DNA of 64,000 nucleotides from Acutalibacteraceae bacterium (GTDB lineage: Bacteria > Bacillota > Clostridia > Oscillospirales > Acutalibacteraceae), in NCBI GenBank assembly GCA_045538645.1, contig JAZSRT010000023.1, positions 176 through 64,175 on the forward strand, written 5' to 3'. This document shows positions 17,538-26,235 of this stretch, piece after piece; within the stretch, counting starts at the first letter, position 1, and the number at the start of each line of letters is the position of its first letter. The notes under the pieces are model-generated. The model was not told the origin of the DNA. It saw nothing but the letters and a program-made list of their open reading frames with translations, and did not search any database. The position numbers and the translations under genes are program-made.

Positions 17538-19175
17538 ATGCCTATCACAGAAATACTGCAGAAAAATGCCGATTTTTATCCTAATGATGTGGCTCTTGTT
17601 GAAATCAATCCGAAGCTTGACAACAAAAGCAAAATGACCTGGCGTGAATATTCTCTAATTGTTACAGACCCTTCTCAGGCTTACAGACGAGAAATGACCT
17701 GGGGAGAATTCAATAAAACTGCAAACAGATTTGCAAATCTTCTCTTAACAAGAGGAATCAAACAAGGAGATAAGGTTGCTATTCTTATGATGAACTGCAT
17801 CGAATGGCTGCCCATATATTTCGGTGTGTTAAAAACCGGTGCCGTTGTAGTTCCTCTTAACTACAGATATACAGCTGAAGAAATTAAATACTGTATCAAT
17901 AAAGCCGATGCGGATTTTATTATTTTCGGACCTGAATTTACGGGACGAATCGAAGAAATCTGTCATAGAGTTCCGAGAGTAAAAATGTGGCTTTACTGCG
18001 GTGAAGACTGTCCTTCTTTTGCAGACAGTTTTGAAGAATTAATATCATACTGTTCTTCTAAATCTCCTAAAATATCAATTAAAGATACAGACGATGCTGC
18101 GATATATTATTCATCGGGCACGACGGGCTTTCCGAAGGCAATTCTGCATTCACACAAAGCACTTATGCATTCTTGTATGACCGAGCAGGCACACCATTCA
18201 CAGACCAAGGATGATGTATTTCTTCTTATACCTCCCCTTTACCATACAGGAGCTAAAATGCATTGGTTCGGTTCATTTTTAGTGGGAGCAAAATCAGTAA
18301 TCCTTAAGGGTATCAAGCCTGAGTGGATAATCAGCACTGCAAGTGAAGAAAAATGCTCAATAGTATGGCTCCTTGTTCCGTGGGCACAGGATATTCTTGA
18401 TGCAATTGATTCGGGAGCAATTGACCTTAACGGTTATGATTTAAGCTGCTGGCGTCTTATGCATATCGGTGCTCAGCCTGTTCCCCCTTCACTTATAAAG
18501 CGTTGGAAAAAGATATTTCCCAATCACGAATATGACACAAACTACGGTCTCAGCGAATCCATAGGTCCCGGTTGTGTTCATCTCGGTGTTGAGAATATAC
18601 ATAAAGTCGGTGCTATCGGAAAAGCAGGCTACGGTTGGGAAATTAAAATTTCCGACTCCAACGGAAACGATGTTCAGCAAGGTGATGTAGGTGAGCTTGC
18701 TGTAAAAGGTCCCGGAGTTATGAAATGCTATTATAAAGACGAAACAGCTACCGATGAAATACTTAAAGACGGGTGGCTTTTTACCGGAGATATGGCAATG
18801 TGCGATGAAGATGGATTTATTTATCTTGTTGACCGTAAAAAAGATGTTATCATTTCCGGCGGTGAAAACATTTATCCCGTTCAGATAGAAGACTTTTTAA
18901 GAAAACATGATGCAATAAAGGACGTTGCAGTTATCGGACTTGCACACACAAGACTCGGTGAAATTGCTGCTGCTATTATAGAAGTAAAAGAAGGTTTTTC
19001 ACTTACTGAAGAAGAAATCAATGATTTCTGTCTTGATCTTCCGAGATATAAAAGACCTCAGAAAATAATTTTTGCTGATGTACCGAGAAATCCCACAGGC
19101 AAAATTGAAAAGCCTGCTCTGAGAAAAAAATATCAGAGTGAAAATCTTGTTGCAATACAAAACGAAATCAATTAA
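17538..19175 (+). CDS. AMP-forming acyl-CoA synthetase (class I adenylate-forming enzyme)
   Basis: AMP-binding signature YYSSGTTGFPKA, then YGLSE and GWLFTGD motifs. AAAGGA SD precedes ATG 17538. The track start at 17508 has no SD and lies about 12 nt from the predicted TSS. Confidence 0.85.
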   Translation: MPITEILQKNADFYPNDVALVEINPKLDNKSKMTWREYSLIVTDPSQAYRREMTWGEFNKTANRFANLLLTRGIKQGDKVAILMMNCIEWLPIYFGVLKTGAVVVPLNYRYTAEEIKYCINKADADFIIFGPEFTGRIEEICHRVPRVKMWLYCGEDCPSFADSFEELISYCSSKSPKISIKDTDDAAIYYSSGTTGFPKAILHSHKALMHSCMTEQAHHSQTKDDVFLLIPPLYHTGAKMHWFGSFLVGAKSVILKGIKPEWIISTASEEKCSIVWLLVPWAQDILDAIDSGAIDLNGYDLSCWRLMHIGAQPVPPSLIKRWKKIFPNHEYDTNYGLSESIGPGCVHLGVENIHKVGAIGKAGYGWEIKISDSNGNDVQQGDVGELAVKGPGVMKCYYKDETATDEILKDGWLFTGDMAMCDEDGFIYLVDRKKDVIISGGENIYPVQIEDFLRKHDAIKDVAVIGLAHTRLGEIAAAIIEVKEGFSLTEEEINDFCLDLPRYKRPQKIIFADVPRNPTGKIEKPALRKKYQSENLVAIQNEIN

Positions 19176-19186
19176 GGTGATAGAAT

Positions 19187-20917
19187 ATGAAACAGTTAAT
19201 GCTTGGAAACGCAGCCGTAGCACGCGGCTGTTATGAAGCGGGTGTAAGAGTAGTTTCTTCTTATCCCGGTACACCCAGCACGGAAATTACAGAAAATGCA
19301 GTTAAATATGATGAGATATACTGCGAATGGGCACCCAATGAAAAAGTTGGTGCTGAAGTAGCCATAGGTGCGGCTATAGCAGGTGCAAGAGCGATGACCT
19401 GCTGTAAGCACGTCGGACTTAATGTGATGGCAGATCCCGTATTTACAGCTTCATATACCGGTGTAAACGGCGGCCTTGTAATAGCAGTTGCAGATGACCC
19501 CGGAATGCATTCCTCTCAGAATGAACAGGATTCCCGACATTATGCAAAGGCATCTAAAATAATGATGGTAGAACCTTCCGATTCTTCGGAATGTAAGGAA
19601 TTTACAAAGCTTGCTTTTGAACTCAGCGAAAGGTTTGATACTCCCGTTTTTCTTCGTCTTTCAACAAGAATCTCGCATTCCCAGAGTCTTGTAGAACTGG
19701 GCGAAAGAAAAAACGACGAACTGAAAGATTACGAGAAAAACCCTGCAAAATATGTTATGATGCCGGGTAATGCCATAAAAAGACACGTTGATGTTGAAAA
19801 CAGAATGAAAGATATAGAGCAATACGCCGAAAACTCGCCTCTTAATACTGTTGAGCATAACGGTGCCGAAATCGGAATTATTACTTCAGGTATTACATAT
19901 TCATATGCAAAAGAAGCCCTCGGAAATAAGGCTAACTACTTAAAACTCGGTCTTGCCTATCCGATGCCTGTTAAACTTATAAAAGATTTTGCGGCAGAAT
20001 GCAAAACGGTATATGTGCTTGAAGAGCTTGATCCGTTTATTGAAGAGCATTGTAAAGTAATCGGCATTGAGATTATCGGAAAAGAAGCTTTCACTCTTCT
20101 TGGTGAATACAGCGTAAATCTCATTAAAAAGATAATTCTCGGTGATGAAATTCCCGATACAAAGCCTGAACCGATTCCTGTCCGACCTCCCGTTATGTGC
20201 GCAGGATGTCCGCACAGAGGAACTTTCTATGTCCTGAAAAAACTCGGTCTTACGGTTTCGGGTGACATCGGCTGCTATACACTTGGTGCAGGCGCTCCTC
20301 TTAATGCTATTGATACAACCATTTGTATGGGTGCATCCGTCAGTGCCGCTCACGGTATGGCAAAAGCAAAAGGTGAAGAGTTCAACAAAAAACTTGTTTC
20401 AGTAATCGGTGACTCCACTTTTATGCATTCGGGAATTACAGGTCTTATTGATATTGTTTACAACAAGGGAGCTAATACCGTCATTATTCTTGATAACTCT
20501 ATCACAGGTATGACAGGTCATCAGGAAAATCCCACAACAGGCAAAACAATCAGAGGTGAAGCCACAAAACAGGTGGATTTAGAGCTTCTTTGCAAAGCTG
20601 TTGGTGTGAACAGCGTCAGAATCGCAGATCCCTTTGATGTAAAGGAATTTGAAAAAGTTGTTAAAGAAGAAACCGCAAAGGATGAACCCTCGGTTATTAT
20701 CGCACAGCGTCCTTGTGCGCTTCTGAAAACAGTAAAGTATACGGGAAGATGTGTAATTACAGATAAGTGTAAAAACTGCAAGATGTGTCTTAAAGCAGGC
20801 TGTCCGGCAATTACTGTTAAAGACGGAAAACCGGTTATTGATGCAACACAGTGTAACGGCTGTACACTTTGTATGAACATCTGCCCCTTTGATGCTATAG
20901 AAAAGGAGGAAGTGTAA
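19187..20917 (+). CDS. iorA: indolepyruvate ferredoxin oxidoreductase subunit alpha
   Basis: 576 aa. MLGNAAVARG...SYPGTPSTEI N-terminus, a TPP-binding region, and a C-terminal 2x[4Fe-4S] motif (CKNCKMCLKAGCP...CNGCTLCMNICP). Confidence 0.9.
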   Translation: MKQLMLGNAAVARGCYEAGVRVVSSYPGTPSTEITENAVKYDEIYCEWAPNEKVGAEVAIGAAIAGARAMTCCKHVGLNVMADPVFTASYTGVNGGLVIAVADDPGMHSSQNEQDSRHYAKASKIMMVEPSDSSECKEFTKLAFELSERFDTPVFLRLSTRISHSQSLVELGERKNDELKDYEKNPAKYVMMPGNAIKRHVDVENRMKDIEQYAENSPLNTVEHNGAEIGIITSGITYSYAKEALGNKANYLKLGLAYPMPVKLIKDFAAECKTVYVLEELDPFIEEHCKVIGIEIIGKEAFTLLGEYSVNLIKKIILGDEIPDTKPEPIPVRPPVMCAGCPHRGTFYVLKKLGLTVSGDIGCYTLGAGAPLNAIDTTICMGASVSAAHGMAKAKGEEFNKKLVSVIGDSTFMHSGITGLIDIVYNKGANTVIILDNSITGMTGHQENPTTGKTIRGEATKQVDLELLCKAVGVNSVRIADPFDVKEFEKVVKEETAKDEPSVIIAQRPCALLKTVKYTGRCVITDKCKNCKMCLKAGCPAITVKDGKPVIDATQCNGCTLCMNICPFDAIEKEEV

Positions 20918-21487
20918 ATGGAAACTAAAAGCATTATGATTGTCGGTGTAGGCGGTCAGGGAACACTTTTAGCAAGCCGTATTCTCGGAAATACTGTTAT
21001 CAGCGAAGGCTTTGATGTAAAAGTATCTGAGGTTCACGGAATGAGCCAGAGAGGCGGTTCTGTTGTCACTTATGTGCGTTACGGTGAAAAGGTACACTCC
21101 CCCATTATTGATAAGGGCGGTGCGGATATTATTTTAGCCTTCGAACTTCTTGAAGCGAAAAGAGCTTTACCATATCTTAAAAAAGGCGGTAAAATCATAG
21201 TAAATTCACAGGAAATTGACCCGATGCCTGTTATTATCGGTTCTTGCGAATACCCCGAAAACATAGAAGAAGAACTTAAGAATACGGCAGATACAACAGT
21301 TGTTGATGCTCTCTCGCTTGCAAAAACTGCAGGAAATCAGAAAGCAGTAAATGTTGTTCTTATCGGTGTTATGGCTAAAAATACGGATATTCCCTATGAT
21401 GTCTGGACCAATACTATAAAAAATACAGTACCCGAAAAATTCCTTGAAGTAAATCTTAAGGCATTCGACCTCGGATACAATTCATAA
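20918..21487 (+). CDS. iorB: indolepyruvate ferredoxin oxidoreductase subunit beta
   Basis: 189 aa with the VGVGGQGTLLASRILG motif. The start abuts the iorA stop. Confidence 0.9.
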   Translation: METKSIMIVGVGGQGTLLASRILGNTVISEGFDVKVSEVHGMSQRGGSVVTYVRYGEKVHSPIIDKGGADIILAFELLEAKRALPYLKKGGKIIVNSQEIDPMPVIIGSCEYPENIEEELKNTADTTVVDALSLAKTAGNQKAVNVVLIGVMAKNTDIPYDVWTNTIKNTVPEKFLEVNLKAFDLGYNS

Positions 21488-21499
21488 GGAGAAATTATA

Positions 21500-22663
21500 A
21501 TGAAAGAATTAAACAGAAAAATAGAACATCTTTCCGACTCGGTTATCCGCAGAATGACAAGAATTTCAATGGAATGCGGTGCAATTAACCTTTCACAGGG
21601 TTTTCCTGATTTCGATCCCCCTCAGTTTATTATGGATGCCCTTAAAAATGTTGCATCGGCAGGACCTCACCAGTACTCACCCACATGGGGTGCATATAAC
21701 TACAGAGCTGCAGTTGCCAAAAAAGTCGGCACATTTATGGGAATAGATCTTGATCCCGACAAGAATGTTATAGGAACTATAGGCAGTACGGAAGCCATGA
21801 TGGCTACAATGATGGCTATTTCAAATCCCGGTGATAAGATAATAATTTTCTCCCCCTACTTTGAAAACTACGCTGCTCAGAGCCTTTTTAACTCAATTGA
21901 ACCCATATTCGTTCCTCTTGAGCCCCCTGCATTCACTTTCGACGCAAACAAGCTTGAAGATGCTTTTAAAGACCCTAAAACAAAGGCTATGCTTCTTTGT
22001 AACCCTTCTAACCCCTCTGGCAGAGTTTTCACAAAGGACGAGCTTCAGGTTATTGCTGATCTTGCTATCAAATATGATGTTATCGTTATCACTGACGAAG
22101 TTTATGAGCATATCATTTTTGAACCTCATAAACATACATATATCGCATCTCTTCCCGGAATGTGGGAAAGAACAATCTGCTGTTCTTCTCTTTCAAAGAC
22201 ATATTCAATCACAGGCTGGAGACTTGGTTACATTGTAGCCTGCGAAGAGCTTATGGACCGCTGTAAGAAGATTCACGATTTCCTTACCGTCTGTGCCCCT
22301 TCTCCCTTACAGGAAGCTGTTATTGCAGGTCTTACAGCTCCTATGTCGTATTACAAAGAGCTGCAGGACCACTACACACATATGAGAGATATATTTGTTG
22401 GCGGTCTTCGTGACCTTGGTTGGAGATTCTCAGAACCCGAAGGCTCATATTTTATGATGGTTGATATATCAGATTTCCAGAAAGGCAGAACAGACATTGA
22501 ATTCTGCGAAGAGCTTGCTTATAAGGTAGGCGTTGCCGCAGTTCCCGGTTCTTCATTCTTCAAAGAAGATGTTAATCACCTTGCACGTTTCCACTTTGCA
22601 AAGAAGGACGAAACACTTTACGAAGCACTTGAAAGACTTTCAAAAATGAAAGACCTTATGTAA
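21500..22663 (+). CDS. class I/II PLP-dependent aminotransferase
   Basis: 387 aa with INLSQGFPDF, NPSNPSG and the SLSKTYSITGWRLGY lysine motif. Confidence 0.88.
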   Translation: MKELNRKIEHLSDSVIRRMTRISMECGAINLSQGFPDFDPPQFIMDALKNVASAGPHQYSPTWGAYNYRAAVAKKVGTFMGIDLDPDKNVIGTIGSTEAMMATMMAISNPGDKIIIFSPYFENYAAQSLFNSIEPIFVPLEPPAFTFDANKLEDAFKDPKTKAMLLCNPSNPSGRVFTKDELQVIADLAIKYDVIVITDEVYEHIIFEPHKHTYIASLPGMWERTICCSSLSKTYSITGWRLGYIVACEELMDRCKKIHDFLTVCAPSPLQEAVIAGLTAPMSYYKELQDHYTHMRDIFVGGLRDLGWRFSEPEGSYFMMVDISDFQKGRTDIEFCEELAYKVGVAAVPGSSFFKEDVNHLARFHFAKKDETLYEALERLSKMKDLM

Positions 22664-22673
22664 AAACAGACTA

Positions 22674-22709
22674 AGGAGCCGAATCACTGCGATTCAGCTC
22701 CTTTTTTTG
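22674..22709. terminator. bidirectional terminator between convergent aminotransferase and esterase genes
   Basis: AGGAGCCGAATC / GATTCAGCTCCT 12-bp stem (one mismatch) followed by TTTTTTT. Confidence 0.8.
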
Positions 22710-22713
22710 TAAT

Positions 22714-23514
22714 TTATTTTTCTCTGTGATACTTAAGCCACATTACATATAACGGCATCCAGGCATCCGCTAAAGGCTGATTTTCCGCCTTTCCGAGGCC
22801 GTGCCCGCCGTAGGGGAAAATATGAAGCTCGCAGGGAATCCCCGCCTTAATGAGGCTTGAAGCAAGTCTTAAGGAGCATTCGGGATTAACTGCAGTATCC
22901 TCAGCCGTATGCCACAAAAATGCAGGAGGTGTATCCTCTCTTACTATGTTCTCGGAGGAGAGCATTTTAATCACATCTTCATCGGGATTTTCGCCTAAAA
23001 GATTATGAAGGGTTCCCTCGTGGGTAATCTCGGGATTAAGAGAAGCCACCGCATAACAGGGCGCAAAGGTATCGGGACGGGATGAAACCTTATCAATTTC
23101 GTCTCCGTCTGCAAGTCCGTAATCAAAGCGAAGTCCCGTCATACAGGTAAGATGACCGCCTGCGGAAAAGCCGAGAGTACCGATTCTTTCGGGGTCAATC
23201 CCCCACTTATTCGCATTATATCTTATAAGCCTTATTGCCCTTCTCGCATCCGTCTCCATTACAGGGTGCTTATAGGGTGAAATGCGGTAATTGAGATATG
23301 CCGCAGAAATTCCGTTGTCGTTAAGATATCTGCATATTGCATCACCCTCGTGGTCAATACAAACAAAGCCGTAGCCGCCGCCGGGAATTACAAGCACACA
23401 GCCGTTTTCTTTTCCGTTATCGAGAAAATACTCGGTAATTGAAGGGGGATCCTGATTAAATTCAGCATTAAAATAAGGAACATCCTTTTCCCATAAATAT
23501 ATCTTATTTTTCAA
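22714..23514 (-). CDS. alpha/beta hydrolase (esterase/lipase family)
   Basis: 266 aa with the HGGG-like oxyanion region (PGGGYGF) and the nucleophile elbow GFSAGGH. Confidence 0.8.
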   Translation of the reverse strand: MKNKIYLWEKDVPYFNAEFNQDPPSITEYFLDNGKENGCVLVIPGGGYGFVCIDHEGDAICRYLNDNGISAAYLNYRISPYKHPVMETDARRAIRLIRYNANKWGIDPERIGTLGFSAGGHLTCMTGLRFDYGLADGDEIDKVSSRPDTFAPCYAVASLNPEITHEGTLHNLLGENPDEDVIKMLSSENIVREDTPPAFLWHTAEDTAVNPECSLRLASSLIKAGIPCELHIFPYGGHGLGKAENQPLADAWMPLYVMWLKYHREK

Positions 23515-23542
23515 AATATCACCTGCTTCATTTTATATTAAG

Positions 23543-23571
23543 ATAATATCATTATGAAAAAGCATTGTCAA
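23543..23571 (-). promoter_or_regulatory. sigma-A-type promoter for esterase gene
   Basis: Minus strand: TTGACA (23571-23566), 17-nt spacer, TATTAT (23548-23543). Confidence 0.5.
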
Positions 23572-23572
23572 T

Positions 23573-23606
23573 AAATGAAAAAAAAGAGAGAAGCCGAAAC
23601 TTCTCT
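23573..23606 (-). terminator. rho-independent terminator after tsf
   Basis: AGAGAAG/CTTCTCT stem with a 6-nt loop, followed on the minus strand by a run of T (plus-strand A-run 23573-23585). Confidence 0.7.
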
Positions 23607-23625
23607 TCTAAAAGTTATAGTTAAC

Positions 23626-24729
23626 TTATTTAACCATGCTTGCGATTTCTGCTGCGAAATCGTCAACCTTCTTTTCAATGCCTTCGCCCTTTGCAAAACG
23701 TGTAAAGCTCTTAACAGAGATTTCTGCACCAAGAGCCTTTGCAACTGATGCAACGTAACCCTTAACGTCACCGTCAAAGAGGTCGGAACGAACGAATCCC
23801 TGTTCAAGAAGACAAACTTCCTTAAGCTGCTTGGAAAGACGACCCTGAACAAGACCGTTAAAGATTTTGTTTTCAACGATTTCAGCCTTCTTGGAAACTG
23901 CAAGAGCGGCAAGCTCAGCATAAGCTTCCTTAGAAATGAAGTTGAAGAAGTTCTTTCTCTGCTGCTGATCAAGACCCTGATAAATAGTTGCGTCTTCTTC
24001 GTTCCACTTCTTAGTGTCGATAACTTCAGCGATAAGGCTGTTAAGAATCGGCACGGGAAGAGAATCGGGCTTATTGAGAGCGCTTTCAATTGTGATGTTT
24101 TCCATCTTAGCAAGCTCTTCTGCAGAGATATCGTTCTTGCTTAAGAATTCGGGGCTCATAGCTGCAACCTGCATTGCAACGTTCTTACCCATATCAGCAA
24201 ATTCTGCCTTAGCAGCTGTGGCATCGTCTGTATCAAATGCAACGATAACACCAACGGAACCGCCTGCGTGAATGTAAGTTGCTGTGTGACCTTCAACAAC
24301 AGTGAATCTTCTTACCTTAAGGTTTTCACGAAGAGCAAGGAATACTTCCTGAACTTCCTGTTCAACTGTCATTTCGGAGTCAACTGCCTTTGTAGCAAGA
24401 AGAGCTTCAAGGTCAGCGGGCTTTGCTACAAGAACAGTCTTAGCAACCTTATTGGAAAGCTCTACGAAGGGAGCACCCTTTGCAACGAAGTCTGTTTCGC
24501 AGTTAAGCTCAACAAGAACACCTGCCTTGTCATCAGAGCAAGTTGCAACAATACCTTCTGCTGCAACACGGCTTGCCTTCTTAGCAGCGGAAGCAAGACC
24601 TTTTTCTCTGAGAATATCAATAGCCTTGTCGATATCACCGTCTGTTTCAACAAGAGCCTTCTTACAATCCATCATACCAACGCCTGTCTTTTCACGAAGA
24701 GCCTGAACGTCTTTAGCTGTAAATGCCAT
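23626..24729 (-). CDS. tsf: translation elongation factor Ts (long form with internal insertion)
   Basis: N-terminal UBA-like AKDVQALREKTGVGMMDCKKAL, TDFVAK, and C-terminal CLLEQGFV. 367 aa, compared with roughly 280-295 aa in the model EF-Ts proteins I recall. Confidence 0.92.
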   Translation of the reverse strand: MAFTAKDVQALREKTGVGMMDCKKALVETDGDIDKAIDILREKGLASAAKKASRVAAEGIVATCSDDKAGVLVELNCETDFVAKGAPFVELSNKVAKTVLVAKPADLEALLATKAVDSEMTVEQEVQEVFLALRENLKVRRFTVVEGHTATYIHAGGSVGVIVAFDTDDATAAKAEFADMGKNVAMQVAAMSPEFLSKNDISAEELAKMENITIESALNKPDSLPVPILNSLIAEVIDTKKWNEEDATIYQGLDQQQRKNFFNFISKEAYAELAALAVSKKAEIVENKIFNGLVQGRLSKQLKEVCLLEQGFVRSDLFDGDVKGYVASVAKALGAEISVKSFTRFAKGEGIEKKVDDFAAEIASMVK

Positions 24730-24767
24730 TTTTATTTCCTCCTGATTGTCTTATTTTATCGAAATAA

Positions 24768-24788
24768 AGCCCGCACAATGTACGGGCT
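24768..24788 (-). terminator. intercistronic stem-loop between rpsB and tsf (partial terminator candidate)
   Basis: Minus strand: AGCCCGTAC ATT GTGCGGGCT (9 bp including one G-U) followed by TTATTTC. Confidence 0.4.
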
Positions 24789-24795
24789 ATTAAAA

Positions 24796-25536
24796 TTATT
24801 CTGCAAACTCTGCTGTTTCTTCTGTTGCTTCTTCAGCAGCTTCAGCTACTACTTCACCCTGTCTGCCTGCGATAACAGCGTCAGCCATTGCACCTGCAAT
24901 GAGCTTTACAGCTCTGATAGCGTCATCGTTACCGGGGATAACGTAGTCAACTTCGTCGGGATCGCAGTTTGTGTCTACGATAGCAACGATCGGAATACCA
25001 AGCTTCTTTGCTTCAAGAACAGCAATTCTTTCTTTTCTGGGATCTACAATGAACATAGCAGCGGGCTGCTTCTTCATTTCTGTGATACCGCCCATAAACT
25101 TTTCGAGCTTTTCTCTTTCGAGCTTGAGCTTGATAACTTCTTTCTTGGGGAGAAGATCAAATGTGCCGTCTTCTTCCATCTTCTTGAGCTGTTCAAGTCT
25201 CTTGATTCTTCTCTTGATTGTGCTGAAGTTTGTAAGCATACCGCCGAGCCATCTTGCATTAACGAAGGGCATATTGCAACGCTCTGCCTCTTCCTTAATG
25301 GAATCCATAGCCTGCTTCTTTGTGCCTACGAAAAGGATTTCACCGCCGTCAGCTGCAACTTCGTGAATGAAGTTATAAGCTTCTTCGAGCTTCTTAACTG
25401 TCTTCTGAAGGTCGATGATGTAAATTCCGTTTCTTTCTGTGAAGATGTAGGGAGCCATTTTGGGGTTCCATCTTCTGGTCTGGTGACCGAAGTGCACACC
25501 TGCTTCAAGCAGCTGCTTCATTGATACTACTGACAT
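24796..25536 (-). CDS. rpsB: 30S ribosomal protein S2
   Basis: [27 protein letters not shown] is the canonical S2 N-terminus. GGAGGA SD. Confidence 0.95.
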   Translation of the reverse strand: MSVVSMKQLLEAGVHFGHQTRRWNPKMAPYIFTERNGIYIIDLQKTVKKLEEAYNFIHEVAADGGEILFVGTKKQAMDSIKEEAERCNMPFVNARWLGGMLTNFSTIKRRIKRLEQLKKMEEDGTFDLLPKKEVIKLKLEREKLEKFMGGITEMKKQPAAMFIVDPRKERIAVLEAKKLGIPIVAIVDTNCDPDEVDYVIPGNDDAIRAVKLIAGAMADAVIAGRQGEVVAEAAEEATEETAEFAE

Positions 25537-25650
25537 ATTTTTTTCCTCCTTTTGTTAAACCACCGCAAAGAATAAATGCCTGCAGGAACAAAAGCTATGT
25601 CGAACCTTTGCACACCCCGCAAACTGACTTTGCGTGCGTTTTGCTCGACA

Positions 25651-25679
25651 ATTATAGCACAGCGATTTACACAATGCAA
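25651..25679 (-). promoter_or_regulatory. sigma-A-type promoter for rpsB-tsf
   Basis: Minus strand: TTGCAT (25679-25674), 17-nt spacer, TGC-TATAAT extended -10 (25656-25651). This leaves a leader of about 110 nt. Confidence 0.55.
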
Positions 25680-25739
25680 GAGTTTTTTGAGAAAATTTTC
25701 ATTATTTTTAAATGGTATGTAAACAATACATCAACGGTA

Positions 25740-25769
25740 TTGACATATAAATATAATTTATAATATACT
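25740..25769 (+). promoter_or_regulatory. candidate promoter for nfeD-SPFH operon
   Basis: TTGACA (25740-25745), 18-nt spacer, TATACT (25764-25769). Confidence 0.4.
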
Positions 25770-25788
25770 GATTTCGGAGGTGATGTAT

Positions 25789-26220
25789 ATGGGCGAATAT
25801 ATGGTATGGATATGGCTTGCACTTTTAGTCCTTTTCATCATCACTGAAGTTGCAACCGTACAATTAACAACCATATGGTTTGCAGGTGGAGCGCTGATTG
25901 CTCTGTTACTTGCCGCATTCGGTGTAAACAATATAGCAATACAGATGATAGTTTTTCTTATTGTATCGCTTATTTTGCTGATTGCAACAAGACCTCTTGT
26001 AAAAAAGTATATCAACAAGAAGTCTCAGCCTACCAATGCAGACAGATGTGTCGGTAAACAGGCAATAGTAACTGAAGAAATTGACAATCTTCTCGGCAAA
26101 GGCGCAGCAAAAGTCAACGGTGTTGAATGGACTGCCCGTTCTGAAAGCGGTGAATCCATTCCCGAAGGCGCAACTGTTACAGTTTCAAAAATTGACGGTG
26201 TTAAATTGATCGTCAGATAA
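25789..26220 (+). CDS. NfeD family membrane protein
   Basis: Two or three N-terminal TM segments and a C-terminal OB-like domain (GKGAAKVNGVEWTARS). GGAGG at 25776-25780 favours ATG 25789 over the GTG at 25780. Confidence 0.8.
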   Translation: MGEYMVWIWLALLVLFIITEVATVQLTTIWFAGGALIALLLAAFGVNNIAIQMIVFLIVSLILLIATRPLVKKYINKKSQPTNADRCVGKQAIVTEEIDNLLGKGAAKVNGVEWTARSESGESIPEGATVTVSKIDGVKLIVR

Positions 26221-26235
26221 TACAGGAGGTATTTT

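Noticed and set aside
19940-20934. Two 137-aa minus-strand ORFs inside iorA.
   Set aside because: They are antisense shadows of iorA. The products are Cys/Arg/Phe-rich or Ser/Thr-rich low-complexity sequence without SDs.
23568-24113. 181-aa minus-strand ORF in an alternative frame of tsf.
   Set aside because: It overlaps the tsf 3' half and terminator in another frame. The composition is Ser/Leu/Arg/Lys-rich and there is no SD, while the EF-Ts frame is conserved end to end.
24268-25524. 418-aa plus-strand ORF, the longest unannotated ORF in the track.
   Set aside because: It lies exactly antisense to tsf and rpsB, two unmistakable housekeeping genes, and spans their intergenic hairpin. The product is Cys/Phe/Asn/Leu-rich with no motifs. 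It is a by-product of codon bias on the opposite strand.
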